A stretch of 64,000 nucleotides of DNA from the NCBI GenBank assembly GCA_047601125.1, contig JASGJY010000001.1, positions 913,344 to 977,343 of the forward strand, given 5' to 3'. Shown piece after piece: positions 60,281 to 64,000 of the stretch (the stretch's first letter is position 1; each line of letters opens with the position of its first letter). Source of the DNA: Agriterribacter sp. (GTDB lineage Bacteria > Bacteroidota > Bacteroidia > Chitinophagales > Chitinophagaceae). The position numbers and the translations under genes were made by a program. The notes beneath the pieces are model-generated. The model worked only from the letters and a program-made list of their open reading frames with translations. It did not search any database and was not told the origin of the DNA.

Positions 60281-61639
60281 CTAATATTTGAACGCTTTTC
60301 CTCCAGCCATTACTTCCTGCGTTTTTTCGTCAAAGGTTACTTTTTGCCCGGTCCTGAATGCAGCGTTCGACATAATTACTGCTTTAGCGTGATTGTATCC
60401 TGCTTCTATAGGTGCATTGGGCTTCTTACGACTGCGCACACATTCCATCCAATTGCGTACATGCGCCACCGTTAGATCATCTCCACCGGTATTGGCGTCT
60501 GTTGTTACTTTGGCTGCCATTTCATTCAGCGACATTTCAGGCAGCAGGTTTGCCTGCATATCCATTGCCTTCGCATATTTTTCTGTTAATCCGCCTTCGG
60601 GAGTTATTTTATTAGTATCGAGATTTAAGGTACCGCCATTTGAGTAATATATTTCTTTCACATCACCCGCAGCATTGTTCATGCGGGAACTGAATATAAC
60701 CTGGAAACCTGTTGATGAATCATTCAACGGCCCGTAATCAAAAACAGCAGTAAGTGTATCAGCGTTTTTCCGGCCGTCTTTCCAGGAGTATATGCCGCCG
60801 TTTACTGCAACGCTTCTCGGGTGGGGAAGATTAGCAAACCAGTGTACGGTATCAATCTGGTGGCACATCCATTGCCCTGGTATGCCTGATGAATACGGCC
60901 AGAACAAACGGAACTCAAGGTATTTTCTCGGGTCAAAATTTTCCACAGGTCTGTTCAGCAAAAATCTTTTCCAGTCAGTATCGCTTTCTTTCAATAAAGG
61001 CACCACATCCGGTCTGCGCCAGCGGCCGGGCTGGTTTACGTTCCATATCAGCTCAACCATTACTATTGGTCCAAATTTTCCCTGGTTTATAAAATCGTAT
61101 GCTGCTTTATATGTAGCGCCACTTCTCCTTTGCGAGCCTATCTGCACTATTTTTCCACTTTCATTTACAGCTTTCAGTACTGCACGTGCATCTTCCATTG
61201 TTTCTGCCAGTGGTTTTTCTGTGTAAGTATCCTTACCGGCTTTAACAGCAGCAACCGTATGCAGGGCATGCTGAAAATCTGCGGTGCTGATAAAAACAGC
61301 GTCAACATCTTTTGAAGCAAGCAATGCTTCATCATTAGGATAAACTGCAATATCATGATTAAGCTTTCCCTTTAAAAAAGCCTGTCCGTCTGTTCTTCGT
61401 TTATTCCATAAGTCGGCAAGGGCTGTCATATCAAAATTCAATTCTTTCTGCAGCTTTAAAAATGATGGCAGCAATGCTCCTCTGAAGCGGTCTGAATATC
61501 CTATAACACCAACGTTCACGCGATCATTGGCACCTATTATTCTGCGATAACTTTGGGCGCTCAGCCCCAGTGCACCCACATAAGTAGCTACGCCGGTCAT
61601 AGCGCTTTTTTTAATAAATGCTCTTCTTGAATTTTTCAT
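60281..61639 (-). CDS. Gfo/Idh/MocA oxidoreductase, Tat-exported
   Basis: SRRAFIKK Tat signal; VGVIG, ISTADFQH, EKP, QIGSQRRS, CHQID. Confidence 0.92.
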   Translation of the reverse strand: MKNSRRAFIKKSAMTGVATYVGALGLSAQSYRRIIGANDRVNVGVIGYSDRFRGALLPSFLKLQKELNFDMTALADLWNKRRTDGQAFLKGKLNHDIAVYPNDEALLASKDVDAVFISTADFQHALHTVAAVKAGKDTYTEKPLAETMEDARAVLKAVNESGKIVQIGSQRRSGATYKAAYDFINQGKFGPIVMVELIWNVNQPGRWRRPDVVPLLKESDTDWKRFLLNRPVENFDPRKYLEFRLFWPYSSGIPGQWMCHQIDTVHWFANLPHPRSVAVNGGIYSWKDGRKNADTLTAVFDYGPLNDSSTGFQVIFSSRMNNAAGDVKEIYYSNGGTLNLDTNKITPEGGLTEKYAKAMDMQANLLPEMSLNEMAAKVTTDANTGGDDLTVAHVRNWMECVRSRKKPNAPIEAGYNHAKAVIMSNAAFRTGQKVTFDEKTQEVMAGGKAFKY

Positions 61640-61759
61640 GACAAACTTCTTTTGTTGAGTATTAATGAAAGTATAGTAGCTTTATCTATCCCGTAACTTT
61701 AAAGATATTTAATTAGAGCGAAACTGAATATAAGGATACTAATTTATAAACGTTTAATT

Positions 61760-62827
61760 ATGAGAAGAAACCATTTCTTTTTTGGCTTGTCTTTTTTTAT
61801 GGCATTCATGTCAGCATCAAATGTATTATTTGCTCAGTCAAAAAAATCTCTTTTAAATATTGAGGTAACACCTGTGGAGGCAGATAAAAAAATTACGGTT
61901 ACTGTTAATGGCAAACCATTTACCGAATTAATATATACTGATACATTGGAAAAACATTTTCTCTATCCAATATATGCACCTGATGGTCAGCTGGTAACCC
62001 GTGGTTTCCCTTTTAAACCCCGCCCTAATGAACCTACAGATCATCCACATCATACAGGTTTATGGCTGAATTATGAAAGCGTGAATGGCCTTGATTTCTG
62101 GAATAATTCCTATGCTATTCCTGCAGATAAAAAAGATAAATATGGCTGGATAAGAACCAAGGAAATACTGAAAGCAAAAGGCGGTAAGGAAGGTCAGATA
62201 AAAATAGCTGCCACATGGGAGAATCAAAAAAAGCAGGTATTGCTTGATGAAACCACCACTTACTTATTTAAAGCAGACGACAACAAAAGGATCATTGACA
62301 GGATTACCACGCTTACCGCTAAAACAGCAGTAGCTATGCCGGATATTAAAGACGGTATGCTTGGTTTGCGTGTGGCCCATGAACTGGAACTTCCCTCAAA
62401 CGAGAAAAAAACTTTTAAAGATGATAAAGGCAATGTAACTGTGGTAGATGCCAGCGCGGATAAAGCGCCTTCAGGTAATTATATCACCAGCGAAGGTATT
62501 ACAGGCGACAGCGTGTGGGCTACCCGTGCACAATGGTGTATGTTATATGGGAAGATAGGAGAGGATACTGCGAGTGTCGTTATTATAGATCATCCGCGCA
62601 ATCCCGGCTACCCTACTTACTGGCATGCAAGGGGCTATGGGCTTTTTGCCGCTAACCCACTGGGGCAAAAAGTATTCAGTAAAGGAAAAGAAACGCTTAA
62701 TCTTTCTTTAAAACAGGGACAATCTGTTACATTCCGCTACAGGATAGTAGTAGCATCAGGCAAAGAAAAATTATCGAAAGAAGAAATAGGATTACTGGCG
62801 GGCGACTTTTTTCAGAATACAAAATAA
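61760..62827 (+). CDS. DUF6807/PmoA-like secreted protein
   Basis: Signal peptide; VTRGFP, DHPHHTG, DFW, WHARGYGLFAANP. Confidence 0.8.
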   Translation: MRRNHFFFGLSFFMAFMSASNVLFAQSKKSLLNIEVTPVEADKKITVTVNGKPFTELIYTDTLEKHFLYPIYAPDGQLVTRGFPFKPRPNEPTDHPHHTGLWLNYESVNGLDFWNNSYAIPADKKDKYGWIRTKEILKAKGGKEGQIKIAATWENQKKQVLLDETTTYLFKADDNKRIIDRITTLTAKTAVAMPDIKDGMLGLRVAHELELPSNEKKTFKDDKGNVTVVDASADKAPSGNYITSEGITGDSVWATRAQWCMLYGKIGEDTASVVIIDHPRNPGYPTYWHARGYGLFAANPLGQKVFSKGKETLNLSLKQGQSVTFRYRIVVASGKEKLSKEEIGLLAGDFFQNTK

Positions 62828-62881
62828 GTTTTGCTGATATGTGAGGTTACGTATTTTTACTAAAATTTAAAAGCTACACGT

Positions 62882-63472
62882 ATGAAATCAAAAAGTATTA
62901 TTTTGATTGTAATTATTGGTGCAATATTATTATTGGGTGGTTGCGGCTGCTCAGGCTATAATAAAATGGTTGGTCTCGACCAGGATGTAAAAGGCAAATG
63001 GGGTAATGTGCAGAGTGAATACCAGCGTCGCGCAGACCTGATACCAAACCTGGTAAATACGGTAAAAGGCGCTGCTAATTTTGAGCAGGAAACGCTTACT
63101 AAAGTAATAGAAGCAAGAGCTAAAGCCACTTCAGTAAATATTGATGCAGGAGATCTTACACCTGAAAAGCTTGCACAGTTTCAACAGGCACAGGGAGAAC
63201 TGAGCGGGGCTTTGAGCCGTTTGCTTGTTAGCGTGGAAAGATATCCTGAGTTAAAAGCCAATCAGAACTTCCTCAACCTTCAGGCACAACTGGAGGGGAC
63301 AGAGAACAGGATTAAAGTATCCCGTAATGATTTTAATACATCAGTACAGCAATACAATACTGTAGTTAAATCGTTCCCGAATGCGCTTTTTGCAGGCATG
63401 TTCGGTTTTAAAGAAAAAGGATACTTCGCTGCAGAACCCGGTTCTGATAAAGCTCCTGAAGTAAAATTTTAA
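62882..63472 (+). CDS. lemA: LemA family protein
   Basis: YQRRADLIPNLV, ERYPELKANQNF, GTENRI, FPNAL. Confidence 0.95.
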   Translation: MKSKSIILIVIIGAILLLGGCGCSGYNKMVGLDQDVKGKWGNVQSEYQRRADLIPNLVNTVKGAANFEQETLTKVIEARAKATSVNIDAGDLTPEKLAQFQQAQGELSGALSRLLVSVERYPELKANQNFLNLQAQLEGTENRIKVSRNDFNTSVQQYNTVVKSFPNALFAGMFGFKEKGYFAAEPGSDKAPEVKF

Positions 63473-63490
63473 ATTGATCATCTACACCAG

Positions 63491-63949
63491 ATGGGATTAT
63501 TTTCTTCAAGAATAAAACATTTTTTTTCTCCGGAAGAAAACCAGCGTATTGTTGCAGCAATACGGGAAGCCGAACGGCTTACCAGCGGTGAAATACGTAT
63601 TTATATAGAAAGTCATTGCCGTTTTGTTGACCCTGTTGACCGCGCAGTTGAATTGTTTTATGGATTGAAGATGGAAAAGACGGAATTGCGCAATGGAGTG
63701 CTTTTATATGTAGCGATCAGGGATCACCAGTTAGCCATTTTTGGAGATGAAGGTATTCATAAAAAAGTGGGAGATACATTTTGGAATGAGGAAGTAAAAC
63801 ACATTTTAAGTGAATTTAACGCGGCGCATTTTTGTGAGGGTATTATACAGATTGTAACTGAAGTAGGAGCTGCCCTGCATGAACATTTTCCCTTTGACGC
63901 GCATACCGATAAAAATGAGCTGCCTGATGAAATAGTGTTTGGAAAATAG
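63491..63949 (+). CDS. TPM domain protein
   Basis: AERLTSGEIR, RNGVLLYVA, GDEGIH, NELPDEI. Confidence 0.9.
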   Translation: MGLFSSRIKHFFSPEENQRIVAAIREAERLTSGEIRIYIESHCRFVDPVDRAVELFYGLKMEKTELRNGVLLYVAIRDHQLAIFGDEGIHKKVGDTFWNEEVKHILSEFNAAHFCEGIIQIVTEVGAALHEHFPFDAHTDKNELPDEIVFGK

Positions 63950-63973
63950 CTGGATGGGCATTATTAGATTGTA

Positions 63974-64000
63974 ATGAAGAAGTTTTTACTCGTCATATTA
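63974..64000 (+). CDS. start of next gene (probably a second TPM-domain protein), partial
   Basis: MKKFLLVIL signal-peptide start; lemA-TPM-TPM order is common. Confidence 0.45.

Overview
Chromosomal window from a Bacteroidota bacterium, most likely Chitinophagaceae (inferred from gene content, TAnnTTTG promoters and protein signatures). Positions 1-5400 are an AT-rich accessory island: the left end of an IS3-family element, a disrupted gene and its intact secreted paralog, an O-antigen-ligase-like/TPR membrane protein, a transglutaminase-like lipoprotein and a convergent Crp/Fnr regulator. Next come the infA-rpmJ-rpsM-rpsK-rpsD-rpoA-rplQ operon and housekeeping genes (carA, aroQ, pyk, pfkA, uxaB, proBA, katG, ndk, folP, sdaA, trxA, lemA). 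Three uncharacterised modules stand out: (1) an ECF sigma plus membrane-anchored beta-barrel partner heading a run of OB-fold, cytochrome c lipoprotein, YceI, DUF5777 barrel and Tat Rieske lipoprotein genes; (2) a Crp-box-marked sulfur/persulfide cluster; (3) a periplasmic Gfo/Idh/MocA, DUF6807 and ChbG sugar-processing neighbourhood. Many intergenic spacers hold 7-bp-period tandem repeats. No tRNA, rRNA or CRISPR array was seen. All family calls are by-eye motif recognition; no database searches were run.
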